Shown piece after piece: positions 18,359-28,423 of a stretch of DNA of 64,000 nucleotides; position 1 is the first letter of the stretch, and the number at the start of each line of letters is the position of its first letter. The notes beneath the pieces are model-generated. The model saw only the letters and a program-made list of their open reading frames with translations, did not search any database and had not been told where the DNA came from. The stretch is from Candidatus Zixiibacteriota bacterium (lineage in GTDB: Bacteria > Zixibacteria > MSB-5A5 > CAIYYT01), in the NCBI GenBank assembly GCA_040235515.1, contig JBECKX010000179.1:15232-79231 (forward strand), in the 5' to 3' direction. The position numbers and the translations under genes were made by a program.

Positions 18359-20491
18359 ATGGAAGTCGAACAATTTTCATACGACAATAAAATCGTCAGG
18401 TATTTCACCTACGCGACCGCCTTATGGGGCGCAGTAGGTATGTTGGTCGGGGTGATCGTCGCCCTGCAGATATTTATTCCGGAAGCGAATTTCGGTATCT
18501 CGTGGTTGACCTATGGCAGGCTCAGGCCGCTGCACACGAATGCTGTAATTTTCGCTTTCGTCGGCAACGGCATTTTCGCCGGCGTCTATTACTCGCTGCA
18601 ACGACTCTGCAAAGCGAGGATGTGGTCTGACCTGCTGAGCAAGCTGCATTTCTGGGGCTGGCAGTTGATCATCGTCTCGGCGGCGATCACTTTGCCACTC
18701 GGGTATACCACCTCGAAGGAGTACGCGGAGCTGGAGTGGCCAATCGATATCCTGATCGCGCTCGTCTGGGTGATTTTCACGGTCAACATGTTCGGAACGA
18801 TATTCAAGCGGCGCGAACGTCATATGTACGTCGCGATCTGGTTTTACATCGCGACCGTCGTGACGGTGGCGATGCTGCATATCGTTAACTCAATCGAGTT
18901 CCCGCTATCGTTGATGAAGAGTTATCCGGTTTACGCCGGAGTACAGGATGCGCTGGTGCAGTGGTGGTACGGCCACAACGCCGTGGCGTTCTTCCTGACC
19001 ACACCGTACCTGGGGTTGATGTACTACTTCGTGCCGAAGGCGGCGAACCGTCCGATATTCTCCTACCGGCTCTCGATCATTCACTTCTGGGCGCTGATCT
19101 TCATCTACATCTGGGCAGGCCCTCACCATTTGCTTTACACCTCACTCCCTGACTGGGCTCAGTCGCTCGGCACGGTGTTCTCGATCATGCTGATTGCTCC
19201 GTCCTGGGGTGGCATGATCAACGGATTGTTGACATTGCGTGGCGCCTGGGATCGAGTACGCACCGATCCGATTTTGAAGTTCTTCGTTGTAGCGATAACG
19301 GCTTACGGTATGGCAACTTTCGAGGGGCCGATGCTTTCGATAAAGAGCGTCAATGCTATCTCGCACTACACCAGCTGGACCATTGCCCATGTGCATGTGG
19401 GAGCGCTCGGCTGGAACGGATTGCTGACCTTTGGCATGCTGTACTGGATGGTGCCTCGTTTATTCAAGACGAAACTCTATTCGGTCAAACTGGCGAATTT
19501 GCACTTCTGGATATCGACGCTGGGGATTGCCTTCTATGCCATCCCGATGTATTTCGCCGGTTGGATGGAAGGATTGCTCTGGAAGCAGTTCACGCCTGAG
19601 GGTTTCTTGCAATACCCCAACTTCCTTGAGATCGTTACCCAGATCATCCCGATGTATGCGATTCGTGCATTCGGCGGCGCGCTTTACCTCTCCGGCGTAT
19701 TCGTGATGGCGTACAATTTGATCAAGACGATGAAATCGGGTGTGGCGGAGGACAACGAAGCTGCCGAAGCCCCGGCGTTGCCGAAGAAGTATCATGAGAA
19801 GGAAGTTCATCCATACCGTCACCGCTGGCTGGAGGCCAAGCCGGCACAGTTTATCGTGCTGACCTTTATCGCCGTGGCCATCGGCGGATTGATCGAATTC
19901 ATACCGACATTCATGGTAAAATCGAATGTGCCGACGATTGCGTCGGTACGCCCTTACACGCCGCTTGAATTGGAGGGTCGCGACATTTATATCCGCGAGG
20001 GATGCAACAACTGCCATTCGCAGATGATCAGACCATTTCGCTCCGAGACCGAGCGCTATGGTGAATACTCCAAGGTTGGTGAGTTCGTGTATGACCATCC
20101 GTTCCTCTGGGGTTCCAAGCGCACCGGACCTGATCTGCACCGTATCGGCGGCAAGTACCCCGATGCGTGGCATTATCAGCATATGGAGGATCCACGCTCG
20201 ATGTCGCCGGGATCGGTAATGCCGCCTTACCCGTGGTTGCTGACCAGCAAGCTTGACACCTCGCATACTCGCGACAAGATATCATTGATGCGATCGCTCG
20301 GAGCGCCATACAGCGATGGTTACGAGGAGCAGGCGATGGCCGACTTACAGGAACAGGCGGAGGGAATTTCCAAGGGGCTTGAGGAAGCGAAGATCATCAC
20401 CGACTGGGATTCCGAGATCGTGGCCCTGATTGCTTACCTGCAACGACTTGGAACCGATATCAAGGTAGAGGGGGCGCAGGCGGGATTATGA
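18359..20491 (+). CDS. ccoNO: cbb3-type cytochrome c oxidase, fused subunits I and II (CcoN-CcoO)
   Basis: 710 aa. The first ~470 aa form a polytopic heme-copper oxidase subunit I. The C-terminal part is the mono-heme CcoO (CNNCHSQMIRPFRSETERYGEYSKVGEF...GPDL). The fusion is typical of Bacteroidetes/FCB lineages. Confidence 0.9.
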   Translation: MEVEQFSYDNKIVRYFTYATALWGAVGMLVGVIVALQIFIPEANFGISWLTYGRLRPLHTNAVIFAFVGNGIFAGVYYSLQRLCKARMWSDLLSKLHFWGWQLIIVSAAITLPLGYTTSKEYAELEWPIDILIALVWVIFTVNMFGTIFKRRERHMYVAIWFYIATVVTVAMLHIVNSIEFPLSLMKSYPVYAGVQDALVQWWYGHNAVAFFLTTPYLGLMYYFVPKAANRPIFSYRLSIIHFWALIFIYIWAGPHHLLYTSLPDWAQSLGTVFSIMLIAPSWGGMINGLLTLRGAWDRVRTDPILKFFVVAITAYGMATFEGPMLSIKSVNAISHYTSWTIAHVHVGALGWNGLLTFGMLYWMVPRLFKTKLYSVKLANLHFWISTLGIAFYAIPMYFAGWMEGLLWKQFTPEGFLQYPNFLEIVTQIIPMYAIRAFGGALYLSGVFVMAYNLIKTMKSGVAEDNEAAEAPALPKKYHEKEVHPYRHRWLEAKPAQFIVLTFIAVAIGGLIEFIPTFMVKSNVPTIASVRPYTPLELEGRDIYIREGCNNCHSQMIRPFRSETERYGEYSKVGEFVYDHPFLWGSKRTGPDLHRIGGKYPDAWHYQHMEDPRSMSPGSVMPPYPWLLTSKLDTSHTRDKISLMRSLGAPYSDGYEEQAMADLQEQAEGISKGLEEAKIITDWDSEIVALIAYLQRLGTDIKVEGAQAGL

Positions 20492-20685
20492 TACACGATA
20501 TCTTCACATCGATTGAGGGAGTGGGGCTTTACCCCATCATCACACTGATTCTGTTCCTGGTGGTCTTTGTGGCGGTCGGTTTATGGGCGTTGTTTGCCAA
20601 CCGCGAATACCTGGACCACATGAAGCAACTACCACTAGAAGATTCCGACCTGAGCGTCGGAGTGGGAGAGCGGAAAGATGGCTGA
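20488..20685 (+). CDS. ccoQ: small single-TM protein in the CcoQ position of the cbb3 operon
   Basis: 65 aa with one TM helix. It overlaps the ccoNO stop and precedes ccoP. Confidence 0.5.
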   Translation: MIHDIFTSIEGVGLYPIITLILFLVVFVAVGLWALFANREYLDHMKQLPLEDSDLSVGVGERKDG

Positions 20686-21346
20686 GTATAAGGACGAACT
20701 GCTTGACCACGAGTATGACGGTATCCGTGAACTGGATAACGACCTGCCGCCCTGGTGGCTCTACATGTTCTATATCACGATCGCCTGGGGAGTACTCTAT
20801 TTCGCTTACTACCACGTTTTCGATATTGGCTATTCCTCAACCGATCAGTACATGGCGGAACTGGATCCGAAGTACACGCGCGATCAGAATCCCAATTACT
20901 CGCCGCCGAAGTTGATCCGGACGTATCATTCTCCCTGGTACAGTTCGCGCGGCGACGAGACACCTTACTCGATTGCGATGTCAGGCCCGCAGGCGGAATT
21001 CGTGGAAATGAACCGCGAGGATGAGCCTGAGGTAGATGCACTGACCGCTCCGGAAGCGCTTGCCGCCGGCGAACAGTTGTTCAAGAAGAACTGTGTGCAG
21101 TGTCACGGCGTCGCGGGTGAGGGCGGCATCGGGCCGAACCTCACAGATCAGTACTGGCTGCATGGCGCGGGGATCAACAATGTTCTTCGTACAATCAAAT
21201 ATGGTGTCCCCGCGAAGGGGATGATTGCCTGGCGCGGTTTTCTCTCACAGGAAGAGATCCACGAGGTCGCCAGCTACATCCTGACGTTGGAGGGCACCAA
21301 TCCTCCGAACGCCAAGGCCCCTCAGGGTGAGTTAGTTACTGAATAG
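20678..21346 (+). CDS. ccoP: cbb3 oxidase c-type cytochrome subunit CcoP (apparently mono-heme variant)
   Basis: 222 aa. The N-terminal TM helix has the CcoP-like DLPPWWLYMFY motif. A single CxxCH (CVQCH) is found; the usual second heme motif is absent. Confidence 0.7.
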   Translation: MAEYKDELLDHEYDGIRELDNDLPPWWLYMFYITIAWGVLYFAYYHVFDIGYSSTDQYMAELDPKYTRDQNPNYSPPKLIRTYHSPWYSSRGDETPYSIAMSGPQAEFVEMNREDEPEVDALTAPEALAAGEQLFKKNCVQCHGVAGEGGIGPNLTDQYWLHGAGINNVLRTIKYGVPAKGMIAWRGFLSQEEIHEVASYILTLEGTNPPNAKAPQGELVTE

Positions 21347-21422
21347 TCATGCATAGTCGCGCCGCCCGGCTGGAGATCCCTGCCGGCGCGGCCGCTTCCC
21401 TTGCTATTGGAGTGATGCTGCA

Positions 21423-22895
21423 ATGTCAGCTCCGCAGACCGACAAACCAGATTCTTACCGCGACCATATCTCGACAGTTGACGATTCCGGAAAGCGAGTA
21501 ATCCTCTATCCGACGAAACCGAAGGGGCGTTATCATCGGGCGCGCCTGATCGTCAGCTGGTTTCTGCTGGCATTTATGTTCGGGGCGCCATTCATCAAGG
21601 TGAACGGTCACCCGCTGATGCTGCTGAACGTATTCGAACGCAAGTTCGTGATCTTCGGCACAGCTTTCTGGCCACAGGATTTTTACCTGTTTGTCTTTGC
21701 GGTGCTCTCGTTTGTGGTGTTTATCGTTCTCTTCACGGTGATCTTCGGCCGATTGTGGTGCGGTTGGGCGTGTCCCCAGACGATTTTCATGGAGATGGTT
21801 TTCCGCAAGATCGAGTATTGGATCGAGGGCAACGCCGGCAAGCAGCGCAAGCTCGACCGCTCGCCCTGGACGGCCCAGAAGACTTTCAAGAAGCTCACCA
21901 AGCATGCAATCTTTCTCGCCATCTCGTTCCTCGTGGGCAACACGGTGGTTGCGTGGCTGGTTGGCGTCGAGAAGTTGCAGGAGTTGATCACCGACGGTCC
22001 CGGTGCACATCTCGGCGCGTTCATCGGCGTAGTCGTATTCAGTCTGATAACCTACGGCGTATTCGCACGCTTCCGCGAGCAGGTCTGCCTGATTGTGTGT
22101 CCCTACGGAAGACTTCAGTCGGTATTGCTTGACGACAGGTCGATTGTCGTGTCATACGACTTCAAACGTGGCGAGCCGCGAAAGCCGATGTCGCTGAAGA
22201 AGGATGAGACGCGCGAAGCGGGGGATTGCATCATGTGTAATTCGTGTGTCGATGTTTGCCCCACCGGCATCGATATTCGCAACGGAACGCAGCTTGAGTG
22301 CATCAACTGCACGGCCTGTATGGATGCCTGCGACACCGTAATGGACAAAATCGGATTTGAACGCGGGTTGGTTCGCTATGCCTCTCACAAACGAATCCTG
22401 GAGGGGCTGCGACTAAAGGTCACGCCGCGCATGATCGGCTATTCGGCGGTGCTGGTAGCGCTCTTGACGCTGCTGGTGTTCTTATTGCTGGGACGAAGTG
22501 ATTTCGAGACTACGATCTTCCGTACCCCCGGAGTGATGTTCGAGGAACTGGAGAATGGAAACATCCGTAATCTCTATTCGATCAAGGTGATCAATAAGAC
22601 GTTTGATCCTTACGACGTGGAACTGAAGCTCAAGGATATCGAGGGTTCGATCAGTATGGTTGGCGGCGATATCACGCTGCCGCGACAGGGGCTTGCCGAA
22701 ACAGCGTTCTTTGTGGATATTCCACAACGGGTGCTGAAGTCATCGCGTCAAGATATCGTGATCGATGTGTTTGCCGGCGACAGGTTGGTGGAGACGGTCG
22801 AATCGACGTTCTTAGGCCCGCGCGTGAGCGTGCATCGGGATGACGTTGCTGATCCGGAAGAAAAAGAATCAGACAAGGCGAACGATGGAAACTGA
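21423..22895 (+). CDS. ccoG: cbb3 oxidase accessory protein CcoG/FixG (membrane 4Fe-4S polyferredoxin)
   Basis: 490 aa. It has TM helices, CGWACPQT, ferredoxin motifs (CIMCNSCVDVCP, CINCTACMDACD) and a C-terminal beta-rich domain typical of FixG. Confidence 0.85.
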   Translation: MSAPQTDKPDSYRDHISTVDDSGKRVILYPTKPKGRYHRARLIVSWFLLAFMFGAPFIKVNGHPLMLLNVFERKFVIFGTAFWPQDFYLFVFAVLSFVVFIVLFTVIFGRLWCGWACPQTIFMEMVFRKIEYWIEGNAGKQRKLDRSPWTAQKTFKKLTKHAIFLAISFLVGNTVVAWLVGVEKLQELITDGPGAHLGAFIGVVVFSLITYGVFARFREQVCLIVCPYGRLQSVLLDDRSIVVSYDFKRGEPRKPMSLKKDETREAGDCIMCNSCVDVCPTGIDIRNGTQLECINCTACMDACDTVMDKIGFERGLVRYASHKRILEGLRLKVTPRMIGYSAVLVALLTLLVFLLLGRSDFETTIFRTPGVMFEELENGNIRNLYSIKVINKTFDPYDVELKLKDIEGSISMVGGDITLPRQGLAETAFFVDIPQRVLKSSRQDIVIDVFAGDRLVETVESTFLGPRVSVHRDDVADPEEKESDKANDGN

Positions 22896-23376
22896 CAGGA
22901 AAACTGAGAGCAAGACCGCAAAGCCGAAGGACCGGACGTGGGGAATCGGTATAGCCGTGTTCTACTCGTTGTTCGTGGTAGTGACCTTGGGCCTCGTCTT
23001 CTACGCCACGTTGCAGAAGTTCGATCTGGTGGCGGAGAACTACTACGAGGATGGGGTCAGGTATCAGGATCGCATCGACCAGAAGCGCCTGGCCGAGTCT
23101 GCAGAGTACAAGCTCGAGATCAAGTATGATCGGGCGAATCGCGCAGTGAATCTGCAATTCCCCGAGAATCTGGCGACAGACTCTATTTCGGGCAAGGTCG
23201 TGTTGTTCAGACCGTCAAACGCTTCACTCGATCGGCACTGGGAGTTGCAGGTGGATACGGATGGTTCACAGCGACTCGACCTCAAGGGCGCCAGCAAGGG
23301 AGTCTGGAAAGTGATGGTCTACTGGAAGGCCGGGAGCACCGACCTGTACAGTGAAAAGTCAATCTACGTCGAGTAA
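22885..23376 (+). CDS. ccoH: FixH/CcoH family protein
   Basis: About 163 aa. It has an N-terminal TM helix followed by a FixH-like domain, and lies directly after ccoG with a small overlap. The ATG at 22885 is preferred over the ORF-track start at 22840. Confidence 0.65.
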   Translation: METDRKTESKTAKPKDRTWGIGIAVFYSLFVVVTLGLVFYATLQKFDLVAENYYEDGVRYQDRIDQKRLAESAEYKLEIKYDRANRAVNLQFPENLATDSISGKVVLFRPSNASLDRHWELQVDTDGSQRLDLKGASKGVWKVMVYWKAGSTDLYSEKSIYVE

Positions 23377-23406
23377 TAGTTAGCTCGCGAGCACGAGAGA
23401 GAGCTT

Positions 23407-24141
23407 ATGGAACTGTGGACTGCATTTATCATCGGGCTGGTCGGTTCGCTCCACTGCGTTGGGATGTGTGGACCGATAGTCGCCGCGCTGCCGGTAGATA
23501 CTCGCAGTCGCTGGTCAATGATTGCGGGACGGATGCTCTACAACCTGGGTCGTGTCGTGACTTATGCCCTTCTGGGTGTGCTCTTCGGGCTGGTCGGACG
23601 CGGGTTCTTCATGGGCGGTTACCAGCAGGTAGTCTCGATCGTGTTGGGGGCTGCGATCATAATCGCGGTGTTGTTGCCGGGCAGACTGACGCAGCAAGTT
23701 CTCAATACGCTGGGTCTGAACAGGGCGTATGGCATGCTCAGCCGCAGTTGGGGGAGGCTCTTCAAGAACAGCAGCAAACGCTCCCTTTTCGCGATCGGCA
23801 TACTCAACGGATTCCTGCCGTGCGGGTTCGTTTATGTCGGACTGGCGGGCGCGGTGTCGACAGGCAGCATTATTGAGGGTGCGGCTTACATGGCACTGAT
23901 CGGATTGGGGACAATCCCGATTTTGTTCGCGCTTGGTATCGCCGGAAACTTCGTTGGCGCGCGCGTAAAACGCAGTTTCGCCCGTGCGCTGCCGGTCTTT
24001 GCAATCGTGCTCGGTTTATTGTTCGTAGCGCGCGGTCTGAATCTCGGCATACCATACATCAGCCCGAAGATGAAGCACAACGTCGTGACAGAGCAAACCG
24101 AGACAAGCTGCTGTGATCCGGCAAAGCACCAGACTCACTAG
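23407..24141 (+). CDS. DsbD_2/TauE-SafE-like polytopic membrane protein with HCxxMCGP motif, cbb3-cluster associated
   Basis: 244 aa with about 6 TM helices. The N-terminal LHCVGMCGPI motif is characteristic of the DsbD_2 family, which is often found at the end of Bacteroidetes cco clusters. Confidence 0.55.
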   Translation: MELWTAFIIGLVGSLHCVGMCGPIVAALPVDTRSRWSMIAGRMLYNLGRVVTYALLGVLFGLVGRGFFMGGYQQVVSIVLGAAIIIAVLLPGRLTQQVLNTLGLNRAYGMLSRSWGRLFKNSSKRSLFAIGILNGFLPCGFVYVGLAGAVSTGSIIEGAAYMALIGLGTIPILFALGIAGNFVGARVKRSFARALPVFAIVLGLLFVARGLNLGIPYISPKMKHNVVTEQTETSCCDPAKHQTH

Positions 24142-24270
24142 TCATTCCATACGTTCCACTCATTCCACTCGTTCCCCGTCTCACCCCTTCCTTTCCACCT
24201 GGATCAGGACGCTTCTACTTGCTATCGAACGCTGCAATGTGTTAGATTTCAGCCAGGAGGGTATCCTGCC

Positions 24271-24804
24271 ATGAGTCAGAATTTGAGACACAAGCCAGAC
24301 TATGAGCTGTTCCATGAGGAGCAGAGGTTCACGCAGTGGTGGATAAGACTGCTGGTGGTCGCGGTCACGCTGCTGGTGTGGTGGGCGTTCATACAGCAGA
24401 TATTGTTAGGGAAGCCGGCCGGCACCAACCCCGGACCCGATTGGTTTCTCTGGATCATCATGGTCGTGCTGGGGGTAGGTTTTCCGCTTTTCATGTTCAC
24501 GCTCAAATTGGAGACTCGCGTGTATCCAGGTCGTGTAGACCTACGATTCGCCTACCTGATCAGGAGAAGGATTTCGATGAAGTCGATCGTATCCTTCAGG
24601 GCAAGGGAGTATCGGCCGCTGATGGAGTTTGGCGGTTGGGGGGTACGCTGGGTACCGGGCAAAGGGGTGGCATTCAATACCGGTGGAAACAAGGGGGTCG
24701 AGGTCAATCTGGATGATGGCAAGATGGTGATGATCGGCTCACAGGAGGAGATGAAACTTGAACAAGCTATCAGGCAGGCCAAAGACTCCGGGTTCGCTGA
24801 GTAA
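24271..24804 (+). CDS. hypothetical membrane protein (2 TM + bacterial PH-like domain)
   Basis: 177 aa. It has two N-terminal TM helices and then a beta-rich domain (GWGVRWVPGKGVAFNTGGNKGVEVNLDDGKMVMIG). Confidence 0.4.
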   Translation: MSQNLRHKPDYELFHEEQRFTQWWIRLLVVAVTLLVWWAFIQQILLGKPAGTNPGPDWFLWIIMVVLGVGFPLFMFTLKLETRVYPGRVDLRFAYLIRRRISMKSIVSFRAREYRPLMEFGGWGVRWVPGKGVAFNTGGNKGVEVNLDDGKMVMIGSQEEMKLEQAIRQAKDSGFAE

Positions 24805-25009
24805 CTAACCCTCGCTTTCAGACGTCTCTTTTCGCTGCAATTCTGTTATCTGAACTTCCACAGATGCACCATTTCTGTGCGCGGCTGCGCGCCAGGGATC
24901 AACGGGTTGGGCCTAACATTTGAACCTGCAATAGCTTACCGATTTAGGCACGGGAGTTGATCTTGGATAGTCACAGAAATTGCATTCAACGACTACAGGA
25001 GGAAATGCA

Positions 25010-25648
25010 ATGCGAAAAGCAATCATCGCTTTCTTAGTTCTGGTCCTCGCGGGTCAGGCATTTGCAGTTAAGAAGACACCAAAAGATGAACCGAAGAGAA
25101 CGAGGTCAACGACGCGGGTCTATGTGCAGAAGGAGCAGCATTCACTCGGCTGGTATATAACTCCAACCGTCAAGATTGCCGAGATTCGTGGGGTTACGAG
25201 AGGCTTGGCGGGACTTCGCGCCGGACTGATTCTGGATCGCTCACTTTATGTGGGTCTGGCGGGCTATGGAATGGCCGATCCTGACACCTGGAATTGGGAC
25301 GACTGGGATGATTACTACGGTTACGATGGTGACCACTGGGAACTTGGTTACGGTGGTCTTGAACTCGGGATACTGAGTGGGCGTGGCGGCGATACTCAGC
25401 TCGGGCTGGGTGTACTCGTCGGTGGTGGAGAGATCGATGAATACTTCGATTTCGACCGCTGGCACAGAAGCGACGGGTTCTTCATCGTCGAACCAAACGC
25501 TGACCTGCTCTTCCACTTCAACAGGCATGTCGCGCTTAACCTGGGATTCGGCTATCGGTTTGTGGATGGAGTCGAGACGCCGAGGTTTACCGATGATGAT
25601 CTCGACGGACCATCATTCAATATCTCCCTTCAATTGGGCAGCTTTTAG
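25010..25648 (+). CDS. small secreted outer-membrane-like protein (signal peptide, Gly/aromatic-rich, C-terminal Phe)
   Basis: The signal peptide is MRKAIIAFLVLVLAGQAFA, and an RBS (AGGAGGA) lies 6 nt upstream of the ATG at 25010. The sequence is rich in alternating Gly/aromatic beta-strand-like segments and ends in ...LQLGSF. Confidence 0.5.
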   Translation: MRKAIIAFLVLVLAGQAFAVKKTPKDEPKRTRSTTRVYVQKEQHSLGWYITPTVKIAEIRGVTRGLAGLRAGLILDRSLYVGLAGYGMADPDTWNWDDWDDYYGYDGDHWELGYGGLELGILSGRGGDTQLGLGVLVGGGEIDEYFDFDRWHRSDGFFIVEPNADLLFHFNRHVALNLGFGYRFVDGVETPRFTDDDLDGPSFNISLQLGSF

Positions 25649-25763
25649 TTTGAATATACTCAGGGATTTCACCTGAGGAATCAGCTGCGGACCTAAACCT
25701 CCCCTGTGGTTTGTTAGGAACGGGCGATTGTGAGCGCAGTCGCCCGTTGTTTATTTTGCACGA

Positions 25764-27104
25764 TTAAGGTTTCCTGATCGCGGCGAGCTGGATATCCATC
25801 ACATTGGTGCCGGTTGGGCCGGTGATGATCAAGTCGTTGAGGGGTTTGAAGAAGTTATACGAGTTGTGTTCCGCGAGAAAACGCGCGGCCTCAAGCTTCA
25901 GCTTCCTGCCACGAGTCAAACTCTGACCATCCGCAAACGCTCCGGCGGCATCAGTGGGGCCGTCGCTGCCATCGGTACCAACCGAAGCGATTACCAGCCT
26001 CCCAGTTCCGGCGATCGCGATCGCTGCCGCCAGCACCAGCTCCTGATTTCGCCCGCCGACACCTGAGCCGGCGTGTGTGACGGTAGTTTCACCACCAGAG
26101 ATGATCATCACGGGCGGGTCGGTGGCTCGCAGCGATTTCTGGACCGTCATGGCTCGTTGCGCCAGTTCCTCCCCGACGCGGCGAGCTTCGCCGCTGACAG
26201 GTTGTTCGCAGAGTTCAACCCGGTAGCCGAGTTGGGCAGCGCAGCGGGCGGCTGCAGCCACGGCCTGACTATTTGCAGCGATAATCGAGTAACTCGCATT
26301 ATGGAATAGCGGTTCGTCGGGAGTGGGTGTCTCGGAAAATTCTCCCCGCGCACCCATTTCGAGATGCGTGACAATAGCGCTCGGAAGTTGCCGGCGAATA
26401 CCATGCTTTGTGATCACTGCGAGAGCGGCTGCGAATGTAGTCGGATCGCCTGCCGTCGGACCGGAACCGATGACGCCGGGATCATCACCGATGACATCTG
26501 AGAGCGCGAGCGTGATCAGAGTCGCAGGGGCTATCGCCTGCGCGAGTCGACCACCCTTGATGGCTGAGAGATGTTTGCGCACGCAGTTGATCTCCTCGAT
26601 CGAGGCACCGCACTGCAGCAGCAGGCGCGTAGTGGCGGCTTTCTCGTCCAGAGTGAGCCCCGGTGCAGGTGCGCTCCAGAGGGCGCTGGCGCCGCCAGAA
26701 ACCAGGCAGATGGCCAGGTCAGTTGCGGAGAGTTGCGCCGCCAGTCTCAGGGCCGCGTTGGCTGCTCTCTGGCTGTTCTCGTTGGGGACTGGGTGCCCGG
26801 CGAGTATCAGCTCGACCCCGGCGACTTCAAAATCGGGCAGTTCTCTGACGGAGAGCAAGCCACTCACGTGATGAGGCTGCAGGATTTGCGCGACTGCGCG
26901 TGCCATCCGGGCGGAAGCTTTGCCGGCGCCGAGAAGCTTAATACGACTGAATGCCGATACCTGGAGCTTGCGATCCTGCAGAACGAGGGTGCCGTCGATC
27001 TGTTGCAGGTGCGAAGCCACTGCCCGTTCCGGGTCTACGGCAGCAATCGCGGCTGAAATGACCTGTCGCAGGTCAGATTTCATCGATTGGGTGAGATTGG
27101 GCAC
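25764..27104 (-). CDS. glycerate 2-kinase (MOFRL family, GckA/TtuD-like)
   Basis: 446 aa with DUF4147 and MOFRL architecture. Conserved Gly-rich segments (LLGAGKAS..., GGETTV, GTDGSDGPTD) are present. Confidence 0.75.
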   Translation of the reverse strand: MPNLTQSMKSDLRQVISAAIAAVDPERAVASHLQQIDGTLVLQDRKLQVSAFSRIKLLGAGKASARMARAVAQILQPHHVSGLLSVRELPDFEVAGVELILAGHPVPNENSQRAANAALRLAAQLSATDLAICLVSGGASALWSAPAPGLTLDEKAATTRLLLQCGASIEEINCVRKHLSAIKGGRLAQAIAPATLITLALSDVIGDDPGVIGSGPTAGDPTTFAAALAVITKHGIRRQLPSAIVTHLEMGARGEFSETPTPDEPLFHNASYSIIAANSQAVAAAARCAAQLGYRVELCEQPVSGEARRVGEELAQRAMTVQKSLRATDPPVMIISGGETTVTHAGSGVGGRNQELVLAAAIAIAGTGRLVIASVGTDGSDGPTDAAGAFADGQSLTRGRKLKLEAARFLAEHNSYNFFKPLNDLIITGPTGTNVMDIQLAAIRKP

Positions 27105-27350
27105 GTTGATTCCAGGGCCGTTAATCCTTCTTCAAAACACTATCTACAAAATTGAGCGTTGAGTCGGTCTTCGCAAAGGTGAAATCGCTGCGGCGGATCA
27201 GCGGAGAGGCACGAGACTGCCGCTTCGAGAGCCTGCGAAATTTGTCTTAAATAAATGTCACGAGAGGATAGAAATTTTTACGAAAATCGTTTTAATTGGG
27301 AAGCTGAACTAACGTTCGTGGCCAAAACTTACATCTTTAGGAGCAATGCA

Positions 27351-28022
27351 ATGCAACAAGAGCAAGCAGCAATGGAAAAGCCGGTCGGACTCCCCCGTAT
27401 TGGTTCACCAGCCCCTCATTTTGAAGCCAAAACCACTCACGGGACGTTAAGACTGGAGGATTTCAAAGGCAGTTGGTTGATACTTTTTTCGCACCCTGCC
27501 GATTTCACTCCGGTCTGCACGACTGAGTTCATGGGGTTTGCCGAGATTTATCCGGAGTTGCAGAAGCTTAACACCCAGCTCATCGGCCTCAGTGTCGACA
27601 GCGTTTATTCCCACATCGCCTGGGTTCGCAATATCGAGGAGAAGATGGGCGTGAAGATCCAATTCCCGGTCATCGCGGACCTTGATATGAAGGTGGCCAA
27701 AGCCTACGGCATGATCCACGAGGGCGAAAGCAGTACCGAGACGAGCCGTGCGGTGTTTGTCATCGACGACAAGCAGGTTGTGCGCGCGATTATCTACTAC
27801 CCGCTGAGCACCGGTCGCAACATGGATGAGATTCTGCGTCTCGTCAAGGCGCTCCAGACTGTGGATGCGAACGGCGTTGCCACGCCGGCGAACTGGCGTC
27901 CGGGTAACAAGGTGATCGTTCCGCCGGCGCAAACTCAGGAAATGGCTGAGGAACGCACGCAGGACAGCAGTTTGGAATGCACCGATTGGTACTTCTGCAA
28001 GAAAACTCTGGCAGGCGCATAG
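27351..28022 (+). CDS. peroxiredoxin (1-Cys/Prx6-like, AhpC/TSA family)
   Basis: The peroxidatic Cys motif is FTPVCTTEF. An ATG at 27351 lies 8 nt downstream of an AGGAG RBS. The protein is about 224 aa. Confidence 0.85.
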   Translation: MQQEQAAMEKPVGLPRIGSPAPHFEAKTTHGTLRLEDFKGSWLILFSHPADFTPVCTTEFMGFAEIYPELQKLNTQLIGLSVDSVYSHIAWVRNIEEKMGVKIQFPVIADLDMKVAKAYGMIHEGESSTETSRAVFVIDDKQVVRAIIYYPLSTGRNMDEILRLVKALQTVDANGVATPANWRPGNKVIVPPAQTQEMAEERTQDSSLECTDWYFCKKTLAGA

Positions 28023-28038
28023 GCCGGGAGTCTTCCTG

Positions 28039-28260
28039 ATGGGATGTGTGAACTCAGATGGTTCAATTACCAACTCAGCACGACTGATGCTATCCTTGCT
28101 GTCGACTCCGATGACCGCTGAAGAGGCGGCTGCCCAGTCAGGTCAACCGTTGTTCAAGGTGCGGAGCAGTCTGCGCGAGATGGTTGAGACAGGCCTGGTG
28201 GAGTTGGAAGGTGAGCACTACCGGACATCTGCCCTGGGGAAGGCCAGGGCGGAAGCGTGA
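28039..28260 (+). CDS. small hypothetical protein, possibly winged-helix-like
   Basis: 73 aa ORF immediately after the peroxiredoxin gene, with a weak helix-turn-helix-like pattern. Coding status is uncertain. Confidence 0.25.
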   Translation: MGCVNSDGSITNSARLMLSLLSTPMTAEEAAAQSGQPLFKVRSSLREMVETGLVELEGEHYRTSALGKARAEA

Positions 28261-28423
28261 CCGCACCGACGCCACACCTTCAGGTGGTTGAATCAGAAAG
28301 TGGAATCACGAGTACCCTGCGGCGATCATGCCGCGGGGTATTGTTTTATCGGCTGGAGATGAGCAATGCGGCGAGTGGGGCGGAGGCGCAGGGGAGCGAG
28401 TTCCGAGTTGCAAAAGCAACAGA

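Noticed and set aside
24142-24215. Short iterated CATTCCA/CACTC motifs (cattccatacgttccactcattccactcgttcc) after the DsbD_2-like gene
   Set aside because: The units are imperfect and only a few copies occur. It is probably low-complexity intergenic sequence rather than an organised repeat or CRISPR.
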